A DNA stretch of 63,731 nucleotides, filler included, from a candidate division TA06 bacterium SM23_40 (lineage in GTDB: Bacteria; LJUI01; SM1-40), in the NCBI GenBank assembly GCA_001303705.1. It is 7 parts of 7 records of this genome, joined end to end, with 100 filler letters (N's around TTAATTAATTAA, not from the genome) between each part and the next. Parts side by side here need not be neighbours in the genome. Positions count along the whole stretch, not along the records: positions 22,739 to 44,558 come from LJUI01000027.1; 6 more parts are not named here. One strand, 5' to 3'. Made by a program: the position numbers and the translations under genes. Below are positions 30,234-40,345 of the stretch, piece by piece (the first letter of the stretch is position 1; every line of letters begins with the position of its first letter). Below the pieces are notes generated by a model. The model did no database searches and had not been told where the DNA came from. It was given only the letters and a program-made list of their open reading frames with translations.

Positions 30234-31279
30234 GGCAGGCTCGTCTTGGCGATATCGAGCGCGTTCTGCTCACCCGTCTGCGCTATCTCGGCGATGTGAT
30301 CCTCACGACGCCCACCATCGAGACCTTCCGTCAGGCCTATCCCGCAGGCTACGTCGCGTATCTCACGGAGGCCGATGGTGCGGCTGTACTGGAAGGGAAT
30401 CCCCATCTCGATGAGATCATAATCTGGCAGGAGGGGCTTGGAGGGCAGCGGAGGTGCATCGAGCAACTGCGGAGACGTCGCTTCGATATCGTCGTCGATC
30501 TGTTTTCGAATCCGAGGAGCGCTCTTCTGACATATCTCGCCGGCGCGAGATGGCGGATGGGGTACCGTCGGGGGCCACGGGGACTGCTGTACAATCTGGC
30601 CATAGAGACAGCCGGAGAGGTCCCCGCAATAGAGACCCATCTCAGGGCGGCCCGCACGCTCGGTATCGAACCGGGCCGCCTGAGGACGCGGATCTACTTA
30701 AGTGACAGTGATCGACTCTGGGGCAGCGGGTTTGTCGACGCGGGGATAGAGGACGGGTCTCCGATTATCGGGTTCTTCCCGGGCGGGAAATGGCCGGCCA
30801 AGCGATGGCGGCTTGAGAGGTTCGTCGAGCTGGCCAGCCTCCTCGTGCGGGAGGTGAGGGCCCGCGTGTTCGCCTTTTTTGGCCCGCACGAGTCAGAGGA
30901 TGCGGAACCCTATGCGAGCATGGCCGGAGGCGATCAATCTGTCTGTCGCGGGCAAACGGTGAGAGAACTGGCGGGGATCATCGCATCATGTGATCTCCTC
31001 GTCTCGAACGACGGCGGGCCGATGCACATCGGTCCGGCGGTGGGAACGCCGACGCTCGGGATACTGGGGCCGACCGAGCCCCAGATCTGGTTTCCCTATC
31101 GGCGAGAGGACGGCCACCGTCTGTTGATCCATGCGGTCGACTGTCGGCCCTGCCATCGCCATGATTGCGACGAACCTGAATGTCTCGATTCGATCACAGT
31201 GGACGAAGTATTCGGAACCTGCATAGAGATGCTGGAGGCCCGTAACCGGAGCGATCAACAGCGCGTCCCGTCCAGGTGA
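30227..31279 (+). CDS. GT9 heptosyltransferase
   Basis: RYLGDVIL, KRW, NDGGPMHIG, CRPC. Confidence 0.9.
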   Translation: MVRQARLGDIERVLLTRLRYLGDVILTTPTIETFRQAYPAGYVAYLTEADGAAVLEGNPHLDEIIIWQEGLGGQRRCIEQLRRRRFDIVVDLFSNPRSALLTYLAGARWRMGYRRGPRGLLYNLAIETAGEVPAIETHLRAARTLGIEPGRLRTRIYLSDSDRLWGSGFVDAGIEDGSPIIGFFPGGKWPAKRWRLERFVELASLLVREVRARVFAFFGPHESEDAEPYASMAGGDQSVCRGQTVRELAGIIASCDLLVSNDGGPMHIGPAVGTPTLGILGPTEPQIWFPYRREDGHRLLIHAVDCRPCHRHDCDEPECLDSITVDEVFGTCIEMLEARNRSDQQRVPSR

Positions 31280-31283
31280 TGCG

Positions 31284-32372
31284 GTGGCTATGTCTGGAAG
31301 AACTTTTAGGGAACTGCTGGGAGACCGGCCGAGGATCTTGATCATAAAGCTACGGGGTGTAGGCGACGTCCTGTTGGCGACTCCCGTAGCCGAGAACCTC
31401 AGGCTCTGCCTGCCGGACGCTCACATCGTCTTTCTCGCCGAGGAGGCATCGAGGGAGGTCCTCAGCGGCAACCCCTACCTGGACGAGGTGGCCGTCTTTG
31501 CCCGCGCAGAGCTCAGCCGTCTGTCGCCGGCGGCGTCGATGTTGCGGCAGATACGGTTCCTGATGGAACTGAGGGCGAGGCGTTTCGACTGCGTCATCGA
31601 TCTCTTCGGCAATCCAAGGAGCGCTCTCATGGCGTTCTCCACAGGAGCCAGGCTCCGCACGGGGTTCGATTTCCGCGTGCGCCGATCTATGTACAACTGT
31701 GTCGTGCCGACGGACGGCACGCGCATGCATGAGGTCGAATTCAACCTGCGTGCACTGGAGCACCTGGGGGTCGAGATCGTGACTCGTGATCCGCTGTTTC
31801 CGCTTTCTACCGACAGTCGTACAGAGGCGCGCACCTGGCTCTCCGGGCTGCCGCGCGGGGCGCCGATTGTGGGGCTGGCTCCCTGCGGCGGGTGGGCGGC
31901 GAAACGATGGCCGCTCCGGTCGTTTGCCATCCTCGGTGATGAGCTTGCCAGGCGTGGGTATGCCATCGTCCTTCTGTGGGGTCCCGGTGAGCTGGAATCT
32001 GGTAGAGAGCTCTCACAAAGGATGAGGGAAGATGCCTGGATCATCCCGCAGGTGGGTCTGAAGAGTCTCGGTGCCATCATGGAATGCTGCCAGCTCGTGG
32101 TCGCAAATGACTCTGGCCCCATGCACATCGCAGCAGCCGTGGGGACTCGTGTGTTGGGCATCTTTGGTCCTACTGATCACGAACTACAGGGGCCCTGGGG
32201 TCCGCGCCATCGTGTGGTGTGGAAGAAAGAGCTCGACTGTCTCGGATGTAATCGCACGGTATGTGACGAGAACTCTTGCATGACAGAGCTGGCAGTGGAT
32301 GACGTCCTCGAGGTCGCACTCGAGACGCTCAGGGAGGTGGAGGGGAGTGACTGCCGGAAGGTGATCGCATGA
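31284..32372 (+). CDS. GT9 heptosyltransferase
   Basis: RGVGDVLL, KRWP, NDSGPMHIA, CLGC. Confidence 0.9.
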   Translation: MAMSGRTFRELLGDRPRILIIKLRGVGDVLLATPVAENLRLCLPDAHIVFLAEEASREVLSGNPYLDEVAVFARAELSRLSPAASMLRQIRFLMELRARRFDCVIDLFGNPRSALMAFSTGARLRTGFDFRVRRSMYNCVVPTDGTRMHEVEFNLRALEHLGVEIVTRDPLFPLSTDSRTEARTWLSGLPRGAPIVGLAPCGGWAAKRWPLRSFAILGDELARRGYAIVLLWGPGELESGRELSQRMREDAWIIPQVGLKSLGAIMECCQLVVANDSGPMHIAAAVGTRVLGIFGPTDHELQGPWGPRHRVVWKKELDCLGCNRTVCDENSCMTELAVDDVLEVALETLREVEGSDCRKVIA

Positions 32373-33559
32373 GAGAGGATCCTGCGAGAAAGGATTCTGG
32401 AGTTGTGGGGCCCCGGCATATACTCGTCGTGAGAACCGACAGAATCGGTGACTTTGTGCTGTCCCTGCCGGCGATACAGGCCATCCGCACCGCATTCCCG
32501 GATGCTCGGCTCGATGTAATGGTGAGTCCGGATACGCGCGAACTCGCCGAACGTAGTCCGGCGATCGATCACATCATCGTCGACGATATGCGAGGGGACG
32601 ATCGCGGTCCCCGCGGGTTCATACAGCTTCTGCGCCGGGTGCGGCGAGAGAGCTACGATGTTGTCCTCCTGCTCCATCCTACTACGCGACTGGCCGCGCT
32701 CTTCTTTCTCTCCGGTATCAGGCAGCGGATAGGCACCGGCTATCGCCTGTACAGCCTCTTCTTCACCCGGAGAGTATGGCATCACCGGCGCAGAGCTGAA
32801 CGGCATGAGTCAGAATACTGCCTTGAGCTTGCCGGCACGCTTGGAGCCGATCAGTCTCCCCATCTCCCGAGTATCGTGCTCAGTGAGGAGGACAGGAGAT
32901 GGGCGAGTGGCCAGGCAGCACGCTGGTCGGTCGGAGATGACCTTCTCGTCGTCATCCATCCCGGGAGCGGAGGATCGGCAAGGGATTGGTCTCCCGAGAA
33001 CTACCGGGAGCTCGTCCGGCACCTCGCGGGCCGCCCCGGAGTGCAGGTCGCCGTGACAGGTAGCCAGGACGAGGCGCAACTCGTCACATCGGTGGCCGGG
33101 GCGGGCAGCGGGCGAGCGCACAGCCTGGCGGGAGGGGCGTCGCTCGGCCAGTTTGCCGCTCTGCTCCAGGGCTCGGCGCTCGTGGTGACGAACAGTACCG
33201 GGCCGCTCCATCTGGCTTCGGCTGTCGGCACCGCGACAGTCAGCATCTTCTGTCCTATCGTCGCCTGCAGCCCGAAACGGTGGGGCCCGATGGGTGAGGG
33301 CCACCGGGTGTTTGTGCCGGATGTTCCCCCTTGCGATGCGTGCACGGGCCAAGACTGCGCGTACTACGACTGCATGGACCGGGTCAGGCCGGAGGAAGTG
33401 GTGGCGACTATCAGTTCGATCCTGGGGCGGCCGGCGGCCGAGTTCTATCAAGAGTCTCATGGTGAGGCGCGGAATCGGAGGGACGAAAATGCATCTTCCA
33501 CGGTGGACACTGGTGACGTCGCTCCTCATAGCGTTCGTTCTCCTGATCGGCTGTCCTAA
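32369..33559 (+). CDS. GT9 heptosyltransferase
   Basis: RTDRIGDFVL, HPGSGGSARDW, NSTGPLHLA. Confidence 0.9.
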   Translation: MREDPARKDSGVVGPRHILVVRTDRIGDFVLSLPAIQAIRTAFPDARLDVMVSPDTRELAERSPAIDHIIVDDMRGDDRGPRGFIQLLRRVRRESYDVVLLLHPTTRLAALFFLSGIRQRIGTGYRLYSLFFTRRVWHHRRRAERHESEYCLELAGTLGADQSPHLPSIVLSEEDRRWASGQAARWSVGDDLLVVIHPGSGGSARDWSPENYRELVRHLAGRPGVQVAVTGSQDEAQLVTSVAGAGSGRAHSLAGGASLGQFAALLQGSALVVTNSTGPLHLASAVGTATVSIFCPIVACSPKRWGPMGEGHRVFVPDVPPCDACTGQDCAYYDCMDRVRPEEVVATISSILGRPAAEFYQESHGEARNRRDENASSTVDTGDVAPHSVRSPDRLS

Positions 33560-33917
33560 ACGGGAATGGGATAACCCCTTTGACCCCAGAGGTTCGGGAT
33601 ACATTCCTCCGCCTCAGGTGACCAGACTGATTCTCTCTCTCGTTGAGCCAGACACCCTCTGGGCGAACTACTGGTTTGGCAGCGCCCTGCCGGACACCTA
33701 CCCCATAGAACACGCCTGGTTGTACGAACAAGAGATGTTCCTGCGCGACACGATTGACGTGCCCGAGGGCTATGCGGCCTACGGCACGTACATAAGGATC
33801 AGCGAGGGCCCCGGTACATACGGTCTGGAGCTCTACTACGCCGGGGCATTCCTCGGGAGAGATACCATCGAGGTGGGGGGATGGATGCTTCCTTCTCTCG
33901 AACTGCCTGTTCGATGA
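33489..33917 (+). CDS. Hypothetical lipoprotein
   Basis: Lipobox LIG-C followed by REWDNPFDP; ATG 33489; stop overlaps the next start (ATGA). Confidence 0.7.
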   Translation: MHLPRWTLVTSLLIAFVLLIGCPKREWDNPFDPRGSGYIPPPQVTRLILSLVEPDTLWANYWFGSALPDTYPIEHAWLYEQEMFLRDTIDVPEGYAAYGTYIRISEGPGTYGLELYYAGAFLGRDTIEVGGWMLPSLELPVR

Positions 33918-35095
33918 TGAGCCGCCGAGATCGACTGAGCGAGAGCTGTGCCCGAGTGATTCGTTGGGGGACAACTGGGTTTGCCGCAGCAGCGACCATA
34001 TCGATCACTGCGACCCAGATCGCCTACTATTCTGCTCTCGCGGCTTGGTCCGTAAGAGCCTGGAAGGAACGGCGCCTCCCGATTCCCACGAGTTCGTTCA
34101 ACGGGGTCATCGGGCTCTTCTTCCTGGCAGGTGTGCTATCCACGTTCACGTCACAGAGGCCCCTTGAGAGTCTTGTAGGGATGAAGAAACTCCTCCTGAT
34201 TCCCATCGTCTATGTGATCGCGGATCAGATGGCATCGGCCTCGCGAGCTCGCGAACTGGCCCGAATCGTCATCGGGTTCGCCGCGATTGTCTCACTCTAT
34301 GGCATCGCCTCCTACACCTTCTCTGGCGAGGCTCGTCTTATGGCTACCCAGGCCATGCCGATAACCGCGGGCGGACTGCTCATGATGGTGAGTTGTCTCG
34401 CGATCCCACTGGCATTCTACGGGACGAGAGGATGGGAGAGAGTCCTTCTCCTCCTGTCTATCGGAGTGATGCTCTTGGCCCTCATACTCACAAAGACTCG
34501 CGGAGCGTGGATCGGCTTTTGCGCGGGAGTGCTGGCGATGGCAGGGGTAAAAGGGTGGAGATTCCTCCTCGGCGCGTTGCTGATCGTTCTCGTCGCATGG
34601 TTCCTCCTGCCGCACGAATTGAGTGAGCGACTGATGCAGGGAGTGCGCCTCGAGTATGAGGGCGTAAAGGAACGTCTCGCCATGTGGAGGGCGAGCCTGA
34701 TGATCCTTCACGACTTTCCCGTGACCGGCGTCGGGCTGATCGATCTCCAGCAGACGCACGCCGTCTATTCCAATCCTGGCGTCAGGAAAATCCATGGTCA
34801 CCTGCACAATAATCTCGTGCAAGTGGCAGTAACGATGGGGATTTTTGGCTTGACAATATTTCTCGGCGTATTGTTTACTCTAGTTCGCGAGCAATTTGCT
34901 GCGCACCGTCGTATCGCGGCAGACAAGAGTTACCTCAAGGCACTTTCGTTGGGATGTCTCGGTGTGTCCGTGGGATTCATGACCCACGGCCTGTTTGAAT
35001 GCACTCTGTGCGACGCAGAGACCGTGATGCTGTTCTGGTTCGTCGTTGGGATGAGTCTCGGCCTCAAAGGGGAGATTGATTGCGCGCTCGACTAG
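33914..35095 (+). CDS. O-antigen ligase (WaaL/Wzy_C family)
   Basis: About 12 TM segments, TKTRGAWIG, ERLAMW, GVG, HLHNNLVQ. Confidence 0.88.
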   Translation: MMSRRDRLSESCARVIRWGTTGFAAAATISITATQIAYYSALAAWSVRAWKERRLPIPTSSFNGVIGLFFLAGVLSTFTSQRPLESLVGMKKLLLIPIVYVIADQMASASRARELARIVIGFAAIVSLYGIASYTFSGEARLMATQAMPITAGGLLMMVSCLAIPLAFYGTRGWERVLLLLSIGVMLLALILTKTRGAWIGFCAGVLAMAGVKGWRFLLGALLIVLVAWFLLPHELSERLMQGVRLEYEGVKERLAMWRASLMILHDFPVTGVGLIDLQQTHAVYSNPGVRKIHGHLHNNLVQVAVTMGIFGLTIFLGVLFTLVREQFAAHRRIAADKSYLKALSLGCLGVSVGFMTHGLFECTLCDAETVMLFWFVVGMSLGLKGEIDCALD

Positions 35096-35823
35096 TCATT
35101 TTCATTATCCTTGGTGCCATCCTACCCGGTTGGGTTGTGCGGGCGCAAGGAGAACGACCGATGGCGTTCTCTGTCGGGGAGAAGCTGGTCTACTCGGTCA
35201 GGTATGGGTTCATCAATGCTGGTCAGGCGATTCTGGAGGTGAGAGAGACAGTACCCGTAGACAGTATTGAGTGCTATCACTTCATCTCTGAGGCTGTCTC
35301 CAACCCTACATACTCTATTCTGTTCAGGGTCCACGATATCATTCACTCATATGCCGATACAGACAGCCTGTATACGCGCCAGTTCACGAAGCATATAGAA
35401 GAAGGTCACTTCCGTGCCAATGAAACAGTAATCTTCGACCGTGAGTCCGGCATGGTGGTGTACCCGGACGATGAAATGGTTGAGATGGTTCCTGACGCAC
35501 GAGACGTGCTCGCGCTGCTCTATCACGTGCGGATGCTCGATTTCGATGTCGGGGACGTGATCAATGTCGACAGTCACTACAACAGGGAGAACTATTCTCT
35601 CGCAGTGAAGGTGCTGCGACGGGAACGCATTGAGAATGCGGTCGGCACATTCAATTGCCTGGTCATCTCGCCCGTCCTCAGGGTGACGGGGATCCTCCAG
35701 CCAAAAGGGGATCTGACAGTCTGGGTCACCGATGACTACTGGAAGATTCCCATCATGATGCGAAGCCGCATGATCATCGGATCTGTTCAGGTTATGCTCG
35801 AGGACATCGAGCTCGGAGGGTAG
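35080..35823 (+). CDS. DUF3108-family secreted protein
   Basis: FSVGEKLVY.VRYGFINAG, WVTDD..KIP; signal peptide. Confidence 0.8.
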   Translation: MRARLVIFIILGAILPGWVVRAQGERPMAFSVGEKLVYSVRYGFINAGQAILEVRETVPVDSIECYHFISEAVSNPTYSILFRVHDIIHSYADTDSLYTRQFTKHIEEGHFRANETVIFDRESGMVVYPDDEMVEMVPDARDVLALLYHVRMLDFDVGDVINVDSHYNRENYSLAVKVLRRERIENAVGTFNCLVISPVLRVTGILQPKGDLTVWVTDDYWKIPIMMRSRMIIGSVQVMLEDIELGG

Positions 35824-35824
35824 G

Positions 35825-36817
35825 GTGCCTTCTCGGTACGAAGAGATCGATCTTTCACAAGTCCATAGGATATCTATCGATGGGAGGGCGAGCAAGGTCA
35901 CCGTCGATGATTTCGCAAAGAGCTATGCTCCGGATGAGCCGATTTCCGGATTCTTCGATGCTCTCCCGTCGCTGTTGGCTGCCGCAGAGTTTCGTCGGCT
36001 CGTCGGTGAGGTCGGAGAGGCCATCGTCGGGAAGAGAACCGTACTTATGTTGCTCGGTGCTCACGTCGTGAAGTGTGGCCTGTCGCCCGTACTCCTCGAT
36101 CTGGCGAAGAGGGGGGCGGTTACTGCGTTTGCGCTGACCGGAGCGGGAGCGATTCACGATTTCGAGATCGCGATGTGGGGGAAGACCTCAGAGGATGTCG
36201 CAGCTGGGATAGTGGAAGGTTCGTTCGGGATGGCGAAGGAGACAGGGCAGCGATTCAATGAGGCGACGAACCGTGGTGCTGCCGCCGGTCTGGGCCTTGG
36301 CGAGGCGCTCGGGAAGTGGATCGTGCAGCAGAAAGCTGTGCACGGGGAGGCGAGTCTGCTCGCCGGAGCCTATGAGCTCGGGATACCTGTCACAGTCCAT
36401 GTGGCCATTGGGACCGATATCGTACACCAGCATCCGGAAGCGGAGGGGGCGGCGATCGGGCAAACGACCTTGCGCGATTTCCGGATTTTCGCCAATGTTG
36501 TAGCGGGACTACATCGAGGGGCTGTCCTCAATGTCGGTTCGGCGGTTGTCCTTCCTGAGGTCTTCATCAAGGCCCTATCACTCGCGCGGAATACCGGACA
36601 CACTGTCGATGACTTCACAGCCGCCAACTTCGACATGATTCGACACTATCGGCCGCAGGAAAACGTCCTCAATCGTCCGACCGGCGGGCGGGGGATTATG
36701 ATCATCGGGCACCATGAGCTGATGATTCCCCTGTACGCTGCGGCACTGAAGTCCTGGCTCGCGGAGCGCTCCGAACGCGAGGGCGGAGGCTCTGGAGGAC
36801 GACCAGCATGGGAATGA
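35825..36817 (+). CDS. Deoxyhypusine-synthase-like conserved protein
   Basis: GAHVVKCGL, GAGAIHDFE, TSEDV, HVAIGTDIVHQHP, GSAVVLPEVF, GHHELMIP. Confidence 0.75.
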   Translation: MPSRYEEIDLSQVHRISIDGRASKVTVDDFAKSYAPDEPISGFFDALPSLLAAAEFRRLVGEVGEAIVGKRTVLMLLGAHVVKCGLSPVLLDLAKRGAVTAFALTGAGAIHDFEIAMWGKTSEDVAAGIVEGSFGMAKETGQRFNEATNRGAAAGLGLGEALGKWIVQQKAVHGEASLLAGAYELGIPVTVHVAIGTDIVHQHPEAEGAAIGQTTLRDFRIFANVVAGLHRGAVLNVGSAVVLPEVFIKALSLARNTGHTVDDFTAANFDMIRHYRPQENVLNRPTGGRGIMIIGHHELMIPLYAAALKSWLAERSEREGGGSGGRPAWE

Positions 36818-37890
36818 AGGCGGTAATAATGGCGGGGGGAGGAGGGACGAGGCTCTGGCCGGTGTCGCGGGTCTCTTCGCCGAAGCAGGTCACCCCGTTC
36901 ACAGATCACGAGACGCTGCTCGAGAAGACGTACTCCCGGCTCGAGGGTTACTTCGATCCCAATGACATCTGGGTCGCGGTGGGGGTGGATCATCTCTCGC
37001 AGGTGAGGAAGCAGCTGCCCTCCGTGCCCCGGGCGAACTACTCGGTCGAGCCGGAGAGAAAGGACACTGCGGCAGCGATCGGCCTGGCAGCAGTTCGAAT
37101 CTCGGCGCGTGAGCCGGATGCCGTGATCGTGACGATAAACTCGGATGCCTATCTGCGGAACAGGCAGGCCTACTTCCGGGCAATCAAGGTCGCAGAGAAG
37201 GCGATCAGGTACTACCCCGATCATACGGTACTGATTGGGGTCAAACCGGCATATCCGGAGACAGGATACGGATACATAAGGCTGGGATCGGAGCTCCGGC
37301 GGATCGATCGCATGCCGATCTACCGGGTCGGTCGCTTCGTGGAGAAGCCCTCGCCGGCCCGTGCGAAGAGGTTCATCCGTGATGGTCGACACCTGTGGAA
37401 CCCGGCACTATTTGTCTGGAGGGTAGATCACCTGATGCATCTCTTCGCGGCGCACCTGCCGCACACATACCGGATATTGAGGCGGATACACAATAGCATC
37501 GGCACAAAGCGTGAGTCGAGTGAAATCAAGCTGGAGTATGCGAAGATCAGACCCATCTCGATCGACTACGGTATCCTCGAGAAGACACGGCAGATGATCG
37601 TGGTCCCGGGGACGTTCGATTGGGTGGATGTGGGACACTGGCGGACCGTACAAGACGTGCTGAGCCCGCGGCCGAACGAGAATGTCGTCGACGGCATGCA
37701 TATTGGGATAGACACGACGGGGAGCTTCATACGTGGATCTGTCAACAAACTGATTGCAACAGTGGGGATACATGATATAATCATTGTTGATACGGAGGAT
37801 GCACTTCTTGTCTGTCCCCGGGAGCGGGCGCAGGATGTCAGGCAGATCGTCGAGGAGTTGCGGCGGCGGAAGATGACGCAGTATCTTTGA
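36808..37890 (+). CDS. manC: Mannose-1-phosphate guanylyltransferase
   Basis: MAGGGGTRLWPVSR..PKQ, EPERKDTAAAI, PETGYGYI, FVEKP, SIDYGILEK, W.DVG.W. Confidence 0.92.
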   Translation: MGMKAVIMAGGGGTRLWPVSRVSSPKQVTPFTDHETLLEKTYSRLEGYFDPNDIWVAVGVDHLSQVRKQLPSVPRANYSVEPERKDTAAAIGLAAVRISAREPDAVIVTINSDAYLRNRQAYFRAIKVAEKAIRYYPDHTVLIGVKPAYPETGYGYIRLGSELRRIDRMPIYRVGRFVEKPSPARAKRFIRDGRHLWNPALFVWRVDHLMHLFAAHLPHTYRILRRIHNSIGTKRESSEIKLEYAKIRPISIDYGILEKTRQMIVVPGTFDWVDVGHWRTVQDVLSPRPNENVVDGMHIGIDTTGSFIRGSVNKLIATVGIHDIIIVDTEDALLVCPRERAQDVRQIVEELRRRKMTQYL

Positions 37891-38142
37891 GCGACAGGAT
37901 CTCCGGGTGATCGGAGGTCATCTGGCGCGTGGGGCGAGGGAGGGGGGGACGGCGGCCGGGCAGGAGTCTTTTGATACCTCTGGTGAGTCGGCAGTGTTGG
38001 CGAGATCTCGAACTTGGACGTGGCACAAGTACGACAGAAAGGGGGGATGCTCAGATTCGGCATCTTTGAGGCCTGGTACCTGGATGGGCTAGAGGCGGAT
38101 GAATGACCACTCACTCGTTCAATCTGAAGGAGGAGCGATACC

Positions 38143-38613
38143 ATGCGTTCTTCGCTAGTTGTCCTGGTCGCACTTGGCCTCTTCGCGACAATGGCGATAT
38201 GGTCCGGATGTGGGCGGAAGGCGCCGCCACCTCCTGTGACCGAGGAGCCGGAACTGATCGAGTTCTACGAAGAAGAACCGATCTACGAAGAGCAGATCTA
38301 TTTCGAGCCAGAGCCGGAGTTCGAAGAGGAGATCGTTCTCGAAGAACCTCCGCCGATGCCGGCAGTGGAAACTCATGGGTACCGCGTCCAGATCGGTGCG
38401 TTCCGCAAGTTCATGGGAGCCCAGAATCTCGCCGCACAGGCGGAGACGATGTTCAGAGAGGCGGTCTACATCGAGGAAATCGGCGGCTTGTTCAAGGTGC
38501 GTGTCGGTGACTTCGTGACCAGGGCCGAGGCAGATCTGATGAGGGGCAAGGCCGGCGCGATGGGGTTCTCCGACGCCTTTGTTGTGGAAACGATGGTGAC
38601 GCCGACTCACTAG
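38143..38613 (+). CDS. SPOR-domain lipoprotein
   Basis: Lipobox WSG-C, acidic linker, GYRVQIGAF...FKVRVGDF; AGGAGG RBS. Confidence 0.88.
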   Translation: MRSSLVVLVALGLFATMAIWSGCGRKAPPPPVTEEPELIEFYEEEPIYEEQIYFEPEPEFEEEIVLEEPPPMPAVETHGYRVQIGAFRKFMGAQNLAAQAETMFREAVYIEEIGGLFKVRVGDFVTRAEADLMRGKAGAMGFSDAFVVETMVTPTH

Positions 38614-38747
38614 GCGCGATCCTCTGAACTCAGACGGGCTGCGGCGCGATCGTCATGAGGGCACGCTGGATAGGTGAAGTGTTGCCCGCCAGGCAGTGCT
38701 GTGCGCGTCTTGAGGCCCCCCGTGACCGGGCGGTTTTTGGAGTCTCT

Positions 38748-39353
38748 GTGGAATCGCGGAGTAGAGTCGTACTGGCAACCCGGAACCCGGCCAAAGCCAG
38801 GGAACTGGCCGCGATGCTCGTGGGTACGGGGGTCGAGGTCTGTTCGCTCCTCGAGATCGGCGTGACGGAGCAGGTTGAAGAAGACGGAGCATCGTTTGAG
38901 GAGAATGCCCTCAAGAAGGCCCGCGGTGTGGCGAATTCGACCGGGCTTGTCGCACTTGCGGATGACTCCGGGCTTGAGGTCGATGCACTGGATGGGCTCC
39001 CCGGCGTGATGTCGAATCGGTTTGCCGGGGAGGGCGCCAGCGATGAGGAGAAGATCGCTAAGGTGCTCGAGCTGCTTCGTGCGGTTCCCCGAGCGGGACG
39101 GGCAGCTCGATTTCGATCGGCCATTGCCATCGCACTGCCCTCTGGAGAGGCATGTGTGGTTGATGGTTCGTGCGAAGGAGTTGTCGCCGAGGAACCTCGT
39201 GGTGAAGGAGGCTTTGGCTACGATCCGATATTCTTAGTGCCGAGCCTGGACAGGACCTTCGCCGAGCTGGCTCCGGAGGAGAAGATGCGGCTCAGCCACC
39301 GCGGTGCCGCCATGCAGAAGGCGATACCGATTCTCCTCAGGTTGTTGGGATCT

Positions 39354-39377
<24 letters not shown>
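38748..39377 (+). CDS. rdgB: Non-canonical purine NTP pyrophosphatase (HAM1 family)
   Basis: LATRN..K, ADDSGLEVDAL.G.PGV.S, GFGYDPIF, SHRG; GTG start chosen at 38748 (ORF track starts at 38655). Confidence 0.93.
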
Positions 39378-39431
<54 letters not shown>

Positions 39432-39459
39432 CCTCGGTGGATCATTCAGTCCAGTCGGC

Positions 39460-39939
39460 GAGTTTTCCGCCGGATGCATATGTACCCCCCTTATGACGAG
39501 GTTTCCGCTGAACAGAAGACGTTCCCCGCTTATTGTGTGAGGTTCCCGCCGAACACAAGGTATTCCCCGCGTATTCTGAGGCTTCCGCCGAACGCAAGAT
39601 ATTTCCCCGCATGACGAGGTTCCCGCCGAACACAAGACATTCCCCGCGTATTCTGAGGGTTCCGCCGAACGCAAGATATTTCCCCGCATGGCGAGGTTCC
39701 CGCGAGATACGAGACATCCTACCCCTATGACGAGGTTCCCGCCGAACACAAGGTATTCCCCGCGTATTCTGGGGGTTCCGCCGAACGCAAGATATTTCCG
39801 CGCATGACGAGGTTCCCGCGAGATACGAGACATCGTTCTCCTACGACGAGGTTTCCGGCGAACGCAAGACCTTCTCCGCGTACGGCGAGGGTTCCGCCGA
39901 ACGCAAGATATTCCCCCGTATGACGAGGTTCGCGCGAGA
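39460..39939. repeat. Degenerate 38-39 bp tandem array (12 full units plus 1 partial)
   Basis: Units begin GAGG(T/G)T(T/C)CCGC; starts at 39460, 39498, 39539, 39578, 39616, 39655, 39693, 39732, 39771, 39809, 39848, 39887, 39925. Confidence 0.92.
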
Positions 39940-40243
39940 GCAGGCGCTCGGCCTGTTCGGCAGAGCTGCCGGGCGCAGAGGTTCCTTTCGGATGTAGACG
40001 TTCCCGGCTTGCGGCTTGGTCATCGCAGCCCTCCGCACACTCCCCTCCGGTATGATTCCCCCCTAATTCCCGGACGACCCCCTCCGAATCGACTCCCACG
40101 ATGATGCGGCAGGGGCTTCCTCTCCTGGGGGCCCTGGCCTCCGACATGTTTGTGCCCGGTGCGTCGATTCCTGCGCGGTGCGGCACTCTTCTTCTGTCGG
40201 CGCGGTGCCTCGTGGGGCGCGGTGAGGTGTCAGTACGGAAAGC

Positions 40244-40345
40244 AGGATGCCTCGGAGGGTCTGGGGCGGGATGCCCGGAAGGGTCCGGGGGCAGGACGCG
40301 CTCGAGGATCTGGGGCGGGATGCCCATGGGGGTCTCGGCCGGGAT
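40244..40345. repeat. Degenerate ~24-bp tandem repeat (4 units)
   Basis: RGGATGCC....RGGGTCYGGGGC-like units at 40244, 40268, 40293, 40317. Confidence 0.65.

Noticed and set aside
39460-39939. CRISPR array (units contain GTATTCCCCGCG, like the start of type I-E repeats)
   Set aside because: Units are head-to-tail with no unique spacers, the palindrome is incomplete, and there are no cas genes in the window.
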